A stretch of 64,000 bases of DNA from Leucoraja ocellata (lineage: Eukaryota): contig JAWMAR010000175.1 of assembly GCA_036785375.1 (NCBI GenBank), forward strand, positions 1,488,001 to 1,552,000, read 5' to 3'. Numbering within the stretch: position 1 is the first letter of the stretch; each line of letters begins with the position of its first letter. The notes below the pieces were generated by a model. The model was not told the DNA's origin. It ran no database searches and saw nothing but the letters and a program-made list of their open reading frames with translations. The translations under genes were made by a program, and so were the position numbers. This document shows positions 21,957 through 33,900 of the stretch, in pieces.

Positions 21957-24900
21957 TCAGTTATCTTCAGGAAGTGGCTGGTGAAAAATAAGAAAGTTGG
22001 CAAAGTTACTGTACAAATACATTATCAATTATTTTGACACAACGATAAGCTTCATTCATGAATATTTTTGCTTCTGATTGTTAATTACATTTGAAAAAGG
22101 GAGAGTCCAGATGACACAACTCGTTTCAGGCAGATTCACCAGGATTCAGATGATTAATGAGTTTATTCGATTTGATCAACTCCTTTAGGGAGTCTGAAGT
22201 GGAGATGACTAGGGAGGGGAGAGAGGACACAGGTCAGAGAAACCACTGGTGTGTGGGGTGTTTAGAAACTCCAGGACTTAATCAGGCTCAAGACTGGCTC
22301 ACTGCATGGAAACAGTGCAGGGGTGATGGCTGTGCAGGTCAGGGAGCAGTGTGTGGCCGTGGGAATGTCAGCTTTGTGTAGAGAGACAGGGGATAAAAGT
22401 TGTACTTAGTCAGAGTCTAGATTGACTCACTGAAGGGAAATCAGTGTTGTTCCATCAGAAATCAACAACATTCCTGAACTACACAGTCTAATATCCCTGG
22501 CACACAGCAATGGACAGATTCTTTTTTGGGACAGCACTCTTCTTCAGAATGTGTTAGTGATCAAGTTATATACGTCAAACATTGATCCTGTGTCTCAGTG
22601 TGGAAGAGGCTTACCCCTGAGAAGATAAAACTTAATGAAGAACAGGATAGTAAAAATGCTTTTAATTTTTTCCCCTATGTCTACTTAAAAGTTAGTCCAT
22701 CCGTATTGAATTAATGGAAGAATAAAGTTGTTACTGGTTTAAAAATAACTAGACAGTATGACAGCATTTACGTACAGTACAGTTCCTGTTCAACAAGAGT
22801 GCCATGATGTTCTGATAAAACTGCAGTTTCTCTTTGGTATCCCTCAGTTGTGTCTCCACCTGCTGCATTTTCTGCTCCAGTTCCTGAGCTCTGCTGATCG
22901 CACCTTCAGTTGTAAATTGCAGCCTCCTCCGTAAAGCTCTCTCATAATGCATGAAGTAGTCGTGCTACAGAAACAGACACACTTTGGTAACCTGAACATG
23001 GAAACAACCATTGCTTACCAAAGTACTACAATTGCCAAGGTTGTAGGGTGCACTGTAGTACTTTAGTATGGCAGAGGCAAACAAGAACTGAGAAGACAGG
23101 CTTAAATAACTTATCGCTGGGTCTCCATAGAAACATAGAAAAAAGTGCAGGAGTAGGCCATTCGGCCCTTCGAGCCTGCACCGCCATTCAATATGATCAT
23201 GGCTGATCATCCAACAGTATCCTGTACCTGCCTTCTCTCCATACCCCCTGATCCCTTTAGCCACAAGGGCCACATCTAACAACCTCTTAAATATAGCCAA
23301 TGAACTGGCCTCAATTACCTTCTGTGGCAGAGAATTCCAGAGATTCATCACTCTGTGTGAAAATGTTTTTCTCATCTCGGTCCTACAAGATTTCCCCCTT
23401 ATCCTTAAACTGTAACCCCTTGTTCTGGACTTCCCCAACATTGGGAACAATCTTCCTGCATCTAGCCTGTCCAACCCCTTAAGAATTTTGTAAGTTTCTA
23501 TAAGATCCCCCCTCAATCTTCTAAATTCTAGCGAGTACAAGCCGAGTCTATCCAGTCTTTCTTCATATGAAAGTCCTGACATCCCAGGAATCAGTCTGGT
23601 GAACCTTCTCTGTATTCCCTCTATGGCAAGAATGTCTTTCCTCAGATTAGGAGACCAAAACTGCACGCAATACTTCAGGTGTGGTCTCACGAAGACCCTG
23701 TACAACTGCAGTAGAACCTCCCTGCTCCTATACTCAAATCCTTTTGCTATGAATCCTAACATACCATTCGCTTTCTTCACTGCCTGCTGCACCTGCATGC
23801 CTACTTTCAATGACTGGTGTACCATGACACCCAGGTCTTGTTGCATCTCCCCTTTTCCTAATCGGCCACCATTCAGATAATAGTCTACTTTCCTGTTTTT
23901 GCCACCAAAGTGGATAACCTCACATTTATCCACATTATACTGCATCTGCCATGCATTTGCCCACTCGCCCAGCCTATCCCAGTCACCTTGCAGCCTCCTA
24001 GCATCTTCCTCACAGCTAACACTGCCCCCCAGCTTCGTGTCATCCACTCTTTATTTGATTGAGAATTCGACACACATACCAACCAAATAGAGTTGTTGCT
24101 CATTTTCTTTTGTATGATACAGCATGGAAACAGGCCCTCTGGCCCACCTTCGTCCACACCATCCATCGATTAACCCGTTCACATTTTTGAATCCACTCCC
24201 TACACACTAGGGGCTTTTACAGAGGCCAATTAACCTACAAACCCACACTTCTTTGGGATGTGGGAGGAAACCTGAAGACCCGGAGACAAGGAGGACATGC
24301 AAGCTCCACAAAGACAGCACCCGGGGTCAGGATTGGACCTGGGTCTCAGCCACGGGGCCACGCAACATTTTACTTAGAAATATATTTTTTAATGAAAGTA
24401 TCTGGCAACAGAGCCATCAGGTTCCCCAAGCAGGACCATGTTACTGGGAAGAGCAGGGGATCCAGTGTCCTTGCTCCTTAGATATTTGATGGGACTTTGG
24501 ACTTGTCTGGGAGAAGCCTGCTTGATCAGATCAGCAGCATTCCGATGTCAGGGATTGGAGTGAAGGGTGTATTCTGGACACCCAAAGAGCAACGTACATT
24601 AAGAAATATACAATTCCCAATCTAACCCCGATCCACGTTGGCTACTGGGAGCTCACAAAACTCAAGGGCTGTTTGCCCCCCCCCCCCCCCCCCCCGCCCC
24701 CCTTGTGATGTCACATCCACTCCACTGACCTATGCCACAATCCCACAAGGTTTAATTCAGCTTAGTTTAGAGATACAGCGTGGAAACAGGCCCTTCGGCC
24801 CACCAAATCCACGCTGATCAACGATTACCCCAACACTGATGCTATCCTTCACCCTAGCTACAATTTGCAGATGCCAATTAACCTACAAAACTGCACATCT

Positions 24901-27900
24901 TTGGGATGTGGGAGGAAACCAGAACACCCAGAGGAAACCCACGCAGTCACAGGGTGAACATGCAAACTCCGTACAGACAGCATCAGTAGTCAGGATTGAA
25001 CCTGTGTCTCGGGCTCTGTGAGGTAATAGCTCTACCCGCTGCGCCAGTGTGTTGCCCTGTGCAGGGACTTGTAATTGGAAGCAATCTCTCTGGGCCCATA
25101 ATCTCAATGTCACCTATTGTTGTGGATTAGTTGCTAGTCAGATTTAACTTTCTGAAGTCCAGTCTGCAACTGAAGGGTTAGGGAAGCTAAATATCTCAAA
25201 TTATACATTAATTATTAACAAGATCTTTCACTGTAATACATTATACCACAAATTATTTATCCAGACTTACCATGGGAAAAGTAACCAGTTCCTCTGCGGC
25301 CAAATGTTCAAGCTTTTCCTTTGGTATATGGTAGTTTGAAGGTACAAAATGACTCAAGAGATTCCTTAATTACAATTAAAAAATGTTGTCAGCTTCATCA
25401 ATGCTTTATTCAAAAGTAAATTCTTCATTGTGTTTTAAATGGCATCATGCCAACAAAATATGATAGATTTTTTTCATGCTTAATCTTCTAGTTAAATAAA
25501 TTATTGTTTTCTTATGAAGGAGGGAGGAATTGAGCCACTGATACTTGGATTCATTTATGTTCTGAAGTAGTTTTATATATTTACAAGGATATTGCTAGGG
25601 CCTAAGCTACAAGGTTGGGCAGGCTAGGACTTTATTCCTTCGAGTGCAAGAGGCCAGAGGTATAAAATTATGAGGAGAATAGATAGGATGAATACAAGGA
25701 CTCTTTTAGGGGAATCTTTTAGGGGAATCAAGAACCAGAGTTTAAGTTGAGGGGGGAAAGATTTAATAGAAATCTGAGGGGCAACTTTTTTCACAGTGGG
25801 TACATGGAACGAGTTGCCAAGGGAGGTAGTTGAGGCAGGCACTATAACATTTAAAAGACATTTGGACTGGTACATGGATAGGAAAGGTTTAGAGAGATAT
25901 TCAGGCAGGTGGGACTAGTTGGCAGAAGCTACATTTGGGTAGGTGGGATTAGTGTAGATGGGTCATCTTGGTCGGCATGAACAAGTTTGGCTGAAGGGCA
26001 TGTTTGCATTCCAAAGACTGAATAATAAAAACCTACCTAAAACAAGTCACAAGTCCTTTGGGGATTCCACTATTGATCATGGGCCTTGTGAGGTCCACTT
26101 GTTCTACATCACTGCGAAGCTCACAGAGTGAGATACCACCTTGAAATCTGAGTGCAGAATCAATGAAGAGTTCAACAGGATGATGACGTTTGAGTTATAT
26201 ACGCACAGCATTAATTCACTTAATTTGGCCTGGTTGCACAGTTTTCATTTTGTAAAAATTATATTAAAATTATTGACAAAATTATACATCTGCAGATGAC
26301 TTGCCAGCTTTCCCCGTGTCCCTTCCCTGTAACAATAACACACTGAACAACTGTACGGAATGGAAGGACGCTTGGAGAAAATTAAATATCAGTTTTAGTT
26401 CAGAGATACAGCATGGAAACAGGTCCTTCGGCCCATCGAGTCCACGCCGACAATCACTAGTGCTATGTTACGTCACTTTCTCATCCACTCCCTGCACACC
26501 AGAGGCATTTTACAGAGGCCAATGAACCTGCAAACCCACACATCTTTGGGATGTGGAAGCACACCAGAGAAGCTGGAGGAAACCCATGAGGTCACAGGGA
26601 GAACGTGCAAACTCCACACAGATATCAGGATCGAACCCGGGTCTCTAGTGCTGTGAGGCCACAACACCAGCTGCACCACTGTGCTGCCCCAAATTCATTA
26701 AATTCATAGTGAACCTCAAATTCTAAAAGCACAAAAAATAAGCTTATGGTTTTAAAATAAATAAATCCGTACACTTAAATAACATGCTTCAAATCATCAG
26801 CTCAATGAAGCAGGAAAGCTACATCCATCCCCATTTAATTTCATTTAACAAGATTTTCAGCTCACCTTTCAGGGTCAGAACAAACCAATATATTTTCCTT
26901 AACTTCCCACCGAAAATATGGTTTATGTATAGATCCAACAGTATCTCTGTTCGTAGATTCTGTCTTTACCATTGCTTGTGTCAGGTATTTACCTGAAAAT
27001 TAATGCATTTATGATGATTAATTGCCCTGGGGTGAATTGGTCCTAAGTAGTGTACTGATCACAATTCTTCTTCTTGGCACCAACTAATTTCTGAAATTTG
27101 ATCACACTTAGATCGGAATTATTTTAGCACTGTGTAAAATAGGAATTGAAGACACCAGAGACTGCAGAAGCAGGAATCTGGAGCAAAACACAAAGTGTTG
27201 AAGTAACTCAGCAGGTCAGGCAGTATCTCTGGAAAACATGGATAGGTGATGTTTCAAGTTGGGGCCCTTCTTCTGACTCTAGCCCCAAAATGTCACCTAC
27301 CCATGTTATCTAGAGATGATGCCTGACCCACTGAGTTACTCCACTACTTTGCTATTTTTGTAAACTAGCATCTGCAGTTCCTTGTGTCATCAAAATTGAC
27401 ACATCCTGCCTTGCTTTCTTTCTTAATTTATGACCCTAGTCAGTTATGGAAATCAGTCCTTGTATAAAAAATTATTTACTATTACTATTTTTACAATCTC
27501 AGATTTAAAATTATCCCAGTCCTTCAGTTTTGTAACAGTGTGAAATATTCCATCTTTGCTCATGTTCTCTTGCATTCCTCCTTAGTTTTGTTGCTATCTC
27601 TTTCCCTCTTTTAGCTTGGTCCCAAGTCTTACCTATCTCTCCATCTTAACTCCTTCCCAAGGCCATTCATCTTTCTCGCATTGCTCCTCTTTCCTATTTC
27701 ATTACCTCTTCCCCCCTCCTTCACTTATAACCTTTCCACTAGGATAGAAAGCTTTGAGAGTGGCTATAAGCCAAATTGAGGCACATTTTAAATAACCTTC
27801 CACCAAACAGTATTTGCCAAACAAACTGCAGGCGGCATTAATAATCAGATTTATTCACAGCAGAATAGATGATTTAAGATGCCTTACTGTGTGATGATAT

Positions 27901-30900
27901 TGGACTTTTCCCACAAACATCAACGGGAACCTGTAAATAAATAAGAGTGTGATAAAAACAATACAAACATCTTGATAGCTTAGTTCTAGGATTTATTCAA
28001 TGTACTTCATTTGTAGTACAATCTTCCCATTAGTTTGATCTCTGAAAGATTTTCTGTGGTGATACTTCTTTGGAAGTTTAGAGGGAGGAGGAACATTCAG
28101 TAAGTCCTGACAAGATCAAGGTGGTCCTGGGATCTGCAGAACCAGGATGGTTTTAATCCAGCTAACCTGTACAAGTCCACCACCGATTTTCTGGCACCGT
28201 TGGTTCCAGAGGCTTTCTGGATTATCCCTTTTGTTGGATTTTGCCTCAGAGAGTAGTCCAACGGTACTGGAACGGTCTGTCTAGGCCGCTAAGGAGCTGA
28301 GATAATGGACAATACACAATAGGTGCAGGTGTAGACCATTCGGCTCTTCGAGCCAGCACCGCCATTTAATGTGTTCATGGCTGATCATCCCCAATCAGTA
28401 CCCCGTTCCTGCCTTCTCCCCATATCCCCTGACTCCGCTATTTTTAAGAGCCCTATTTAGCTCTCTCTTGAAAGCATCTGGAGAACCTGCCTCCACTGAG
28501 GCAGAGAATTCCACAGACTCACAACTCTCTGTGAGAAAAAGTGTTTCCTCGTCTTGATACCAGGCCGCAAAGTCGGCTTCAGAAGTCGGCTATGGGAACG
28601 GAGCGCCGGCTCCGGCTGGGCTGGAGTTCCATAGCCCTGGCCGCTGGGGGCAAACTCAACCCGCCAATTAGAGTGGATATCCCGATGAGGTAGAGATTGG
28701 TCGCCTCACCTGGCCTAGCCACCACATTTCCAGGAGGATTTCCAAGGGGGATTTCAAATGTGCTCTCGGAATTTTGTCCAGATTAAAGGAGGTGCCAGAC
28801 CACCCGTTGTGGGAACATCGGTGGTGGACCTGTGCTTCCAACTGATTCCTGGCGACTGAGGAGATGAGATACCAAGTGCTTGAAAAATAACTACTGAAAG
28901 CTGGACATCTAGATGTTGGGGAGTTGATTCCCATGGTGTGGAGCATGCGTGGGACTGAGCAGTGGCTGGGAATAGCTGTGTCGTTAGAGCATTTTGAGCA
29001 AGGTCTAGAGGTTCACGAACTCAGAGAATGATGAGAACAAAATCCAGTGAGAAGCATCTAAAAAGTAATAAAATGATTTATTGTATATTTACTTCTGTTA
29101 ATATGCCTGTAAAGTTGCAGGGAGTAGGAATTTTGTTGTTCTGATCCTGGTGCATGTGACAATTAAATACTCTTGGCTCTTAAATCATCACTGTTTAGAA
29201 AAAAGGAACAGAACTATGCAGCACTAAAACAGGCCCTTCGACCCACAACATCTGTGCTGAATATGATGCCAAGACCATTATTTATCTACCTGCGCATAAC
29301 CCGTATCCCTCCATTCCACTGATTATGACAATTAATTCTGTTTCTCTTTCTCCTCTTACAGAGGTAATGCTGCCCAGCGTAACAGTGCAGGACATGTTGA
29401 CAATGCTCTATGTCAATTAACCAACACTCTCTGTTCAATGTGGTAGCTGTAAATCCCACAGGTCATTTGAAGCTGGAAACATATGGACAGCTAGTGACAT
29501 TACATCAGGGGCAGGACATTTAAATCATTGAATGGCCTCGCCCCGTCTTACCTCTCTGAGCTGCTCCACCTATATGCTCCTACCCGGTGCCTCAGGTCAG
29601 CGGATCAGCTGCTCCTTGAGGTACCAAGGTCTAAGCGGAAGCTCAGAGGGGATAGAGCCTTTTCTGTTGCTGCCCCGGCACTCTGGAACACCTTGCCGCT
29701 GCAGATCAGACAGGCCCCTTCACTGTCCATCTTTAAATCCTCCCTAAAAACTCACTTTTATTCACTGGCTTTCGACACTGGCTGAGACATTGTTCCTGTT
29801 TTAGTGCTTTTAATGTCTTTTAATTTTTTACTGTTTTTATAGTCCTGTCGTCTTAATGGTTTTAGTAGTTTGTAATAACTTTTTGTTGATTTCTCATGTA
29901 CAGCACTTTGTGGTAACTGATGTTGTCTAAAAGCGCTTTATAAATAAAGTTATTATAAAGTTATTATTATTACATCTGCTACCAAAATTAATAATAATTG
30001 TAACCAATTTTAGGATTCTGATCACTCACGCAAAGCTAAACAAAAATGCTGGAGAAACTCAGCGGGTGAAGCAGCATCTATGGAGCGAAGGAATAGGTGA
30101 CGTTTTGGGTCGAGACCCTTCTTCAGACTGAAGAAGTGTCTCGACCTGAAACGTCACCTATTCCTTCGCTCCATAGATGCTGCCTCACCCGCTGAGTTCT
30201 CCAGCATTTTGTCTAGCTTTGATTTTTCCAGCATCTGCAGTTCTTTCTTAAACATAAACTCATGCAAAGCTGTACAGTAAGTGCATGACTGCAAAATATA
30301 ACCTTGTATAATTAGTATGCCACCTTAGGTAGATATCAAAGAGAAAGATTCCTGGGCAAATATGTGCTCCACTGGGCCTGTGAATGGTTATAGAGGCAGG
30401 TGTAGAGCACAAGTCACCAAAGTACTTTCAATAATATTTTAAATGCAACTTACAGCTATTATTTCACTTGTTATCTCTCTTGTTAATTCTTTCTGTGGAA
30501 TTTCCATGTTTAAGTTGCAAGTGTCGATTTGTTCCTTCCGAAGGACTTGATAATTACTCTTTCTGGCCTTGAAATAGCAATTGAAATTAATTCGGAGTCA
30601 ATGAAACTGAATTGATTGAGTACTTTATTGTTACATATGACAAGTCAGAGTGAATTTTTTTGCTTGCATGCCCAAAGTACGACAAATAATCTTTCAAATT
30701 GTGTAAGAGTCAGAAAATATTGGCTGAGGAGTTCTGGTCAATGTTGGGTCAATGAAATAAATTTGTACTTGCTCAAAGTGAACTTCCAAAGCTACTGGGA
30801 TAAAGCTTTGATGGTAAGTCCTTCCTATCATGTGTTCACAATATCTTCCAATTTCTGTGTGCAGAAATGCATCAAAATTGCTAACTTTTTGGAAAGTTAA

Positions 30901-33900
30901 CACCAACATTTTCCTGCAAATTCTTAGTTATACAGCACGGAAACAGGCCTGTCCCACTTGGCGATATTTTTGGCGACTGCCGGCATCATATCAATATCGC
31001 CAAAAGATTTTGAACATTTCAAATTCCAGCGGTGACAAAAAAATGTTGCGACACTTGACAAAACACCGCGCATCATACGTCATACGTTTATACTCTCTAG
31101 AATTTAGGAGATTGAGAGGGGATCTTATAGAAACTTACAAAATTCTTAAGGGGTTGGACAGGCTAGATGCAGGAAGATTGTTCCCGATGTTGGGGAAGTC
31201 CAGGACAAGGGGTCACAGCTTTAAGGATAAAGGGGAAATCCTTTAAAACCGAGATGAGAACAACTTTTTTCACACAGAGAGTGGTGAATCTCTGGAACTC
31301 TCTGCCACAGAGGGTAGTTGAGGCCAGTTCATTGGCTATATTTAAGAAGGAGTTAGATGTGGCCCTTGTGGCTAAGGGGATCAGGGGGTATGGAGAGAAG
31401 GCAGGTACGGGATACTGAGTTGGATGATCAGCCATGATCATATTGAATGGCGGTGCAGGCTCGAAGGGCCGAATGGCCTACTCCTGCACCTAATTTCTAT
31501 GTTTCTATGTCATCATGCCGCGTCACCACCATTCGTATCAATATACCTGTCCAAATGTCTTTTAGCTGTACCTGCCTCAACTACCTCCTCTGGCAGCTCG
31601 TTCCATATACCCACTATCTTCTGTGTGAAAAATGGGCTGAGCTCTGGTCAATGTTGGGTTAATAAAATAAATTTGTACTTGGCCAAAGCAAAGTTCGTAG
31701 CCCATTTCTTGGCTAATCTGAATATCTTTAAATTGCTGAATGTTCTTTTTCAAATGCATTATTTATTTTCACTAATCTATGAATTTGTGTGCTTTCTTAG
31801 CGAATGGTATGTTAGCTTTCATAGCAAAAGGATTTGAGTATAGGAGCAGGGAGGTTCTACTGCAGTTGTACAGGGTCTTGGTGAGACCACACCTGAAGTA
31901 TTGCGTACAGTTTTGGTCTCCAAATCTGAGGAAGGACATTCTTGCCATAGAGGGAATACAGAGAAGGTTCACCAGACTGATTCCTGGGATGTCAGGACTT
32001 TCATATGAAGTAAGACTGGATAGACTCGGCTTGTACCCGCTAGAATTTAGAAGATTGAGGGGGGATCTTATAGAAACTTACAAAATTCTTAAGGGGTTGG
32101 ACAGGCTAGATGCAGGAAGATTGTTCCCGATGTTGGGGAAGTCCAGAACAAGGGGTTACAGTTTAAGGATAAGGGGGAAATCTTGTAGGACCGAGATGAG
32201 AAAAACATTTTTCACACAGTGAATCTCTGGAATTCTCTGCCACAGAAGGTAGTTGAGGCCAGTTCATTGGCTATATTTAAGAGGTTGTTAGATGTGGCCC
32301 TTGTGGCTAAAGGGATCAGGGGGTATGGAGAGAAGGCAGGTACAGGATACTGTTGGATGATCAGCCATGATCATATTGAATGGCGGTGCAGGCTCGAAGG
32401 GCCGAATGGCCTACTCCTGCACCTAATTTCTATGTTTCTTAATGAACGGCAGAGCAGCTAACATGAAATATCCTCTTCAAGCTGACAGTTTTTAATTTGA
32501 CTCACATTTAACACACCTTGATTTTACTTCATAATGTTACATTTTAACCGTGCTTTCATTGTGGGCAATAAGGTGCTATCTTATTAACACACCTTTAACA
32601 TATACTCACGTGGCTGGAAAACAAAATAATGATGTTTACTTTCGACTTTCGAGATGCAGCATGGACACTCGCCCTTCGACCCACGTAGTCTGTGCCATCC
32701 AAAGATCACACCATACACTATCATTATCCTACACACTAGGGACAATTTTACAATGTTAATGAAGCCAATTAACCTACAAACCTGTATGTCTTTAGAATGT
32801 GGGAGGAAACCGGAGCACCCGGAGAGAACCCACGGGGTTACAGGGAGAATGTACAAACTCTGTGCAGGCAGCGCCCTTAACCAGGATTGAACCGGGGTCT
32901 CTGGAGCCGTAAGGCAGCAACTCTACTGCTGTGCCACCCTTTTTAGATGTGTTGGAATGCCATACCAGTGTGTACCGTCACTAAATAATCTGCATTTTAA
33001 CCAGTGGAATGCTGTAAATTCTGATCACAGCTCCACATTTTTGTGCTTCAGTTATGAACACAGCAAAGTTTGTTTTAAAGTTTACACAAGGATGTATCCA
33101 AAATGCCTAATCAACTTTATATTAAAATCAATGGCTCCAATTATAGCATCACTTATGGACAATTTAAAATTCATCCTAAAGACAATTTTGTATGCATTTT
33201 TAAAGTTCCATACTGTATTATTGAAACTATGGTCATCGAAAATTGAGTAAAAGACAAAGTGCCGGAGTGGTGAACATGGATAGGCAGCGTTTTGAGTTGG
33301 GACCCTTCTTCGAGATGTTGCCTGGCCCACTGAGTTCCTCCAGCACTTTGTCGTATACTCAAGACTCTTGCACCTGTAGTTCCTTGTGTGCTCATCTGCG
33401 ATTGTCAGAGTACGTTACCAGAAGTGATTTTGTAATGCCTCCGTCTTCTGCAGAATGCTGTGAAGTGCAGGGTTGTTTCTCTGAGCACATGACTCTGATT
33501 TGTGCCACCTCCTCACAACCTGATGTCCTGGAACGTTTGTTCCCTGAGAACAGAACCCTTGCTGAATAGCGTGGCCTTGTGTAACGAGGTCTGTGAGAAG
33601 CTGGGATGTGCCTTTTGCGAGAGGTTGACGGGCGTGTATAGTGTTTGGGTATAGTAATGCCCTGCAAGGGGAATAAATGGTCACATTATAACCTGTACAG
33701 TGATTCCCTGATACAATAACACCCTGACACAGTAATATCCTAATACAGTTATGCCCTGATACTGTAATACTCTGATACAGTAATACTCTGATACAGTGAT
33801 GCCCTGAGAGAGTAATGTCCTGATACTTTAATATTCTGATGCAGTGATGCACTGCAAGGGGAGTAAATGAAGAATCACATTAAAACCTAAAACCAGGGGT

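Noticed and set aside
24960-25056. tRNA gene
   Set aside because: The A/B boxes continue into a SINE body and recur in several decayed copies; these are SINE heads.
28000-29470. Additional MORC exons, or a plus-strand exon after the pyrimidine tract at 29341-29361
   Set aside because: Candidate acceptors give stops in the required phase or lack a good donor, and the model closes in phase without them.
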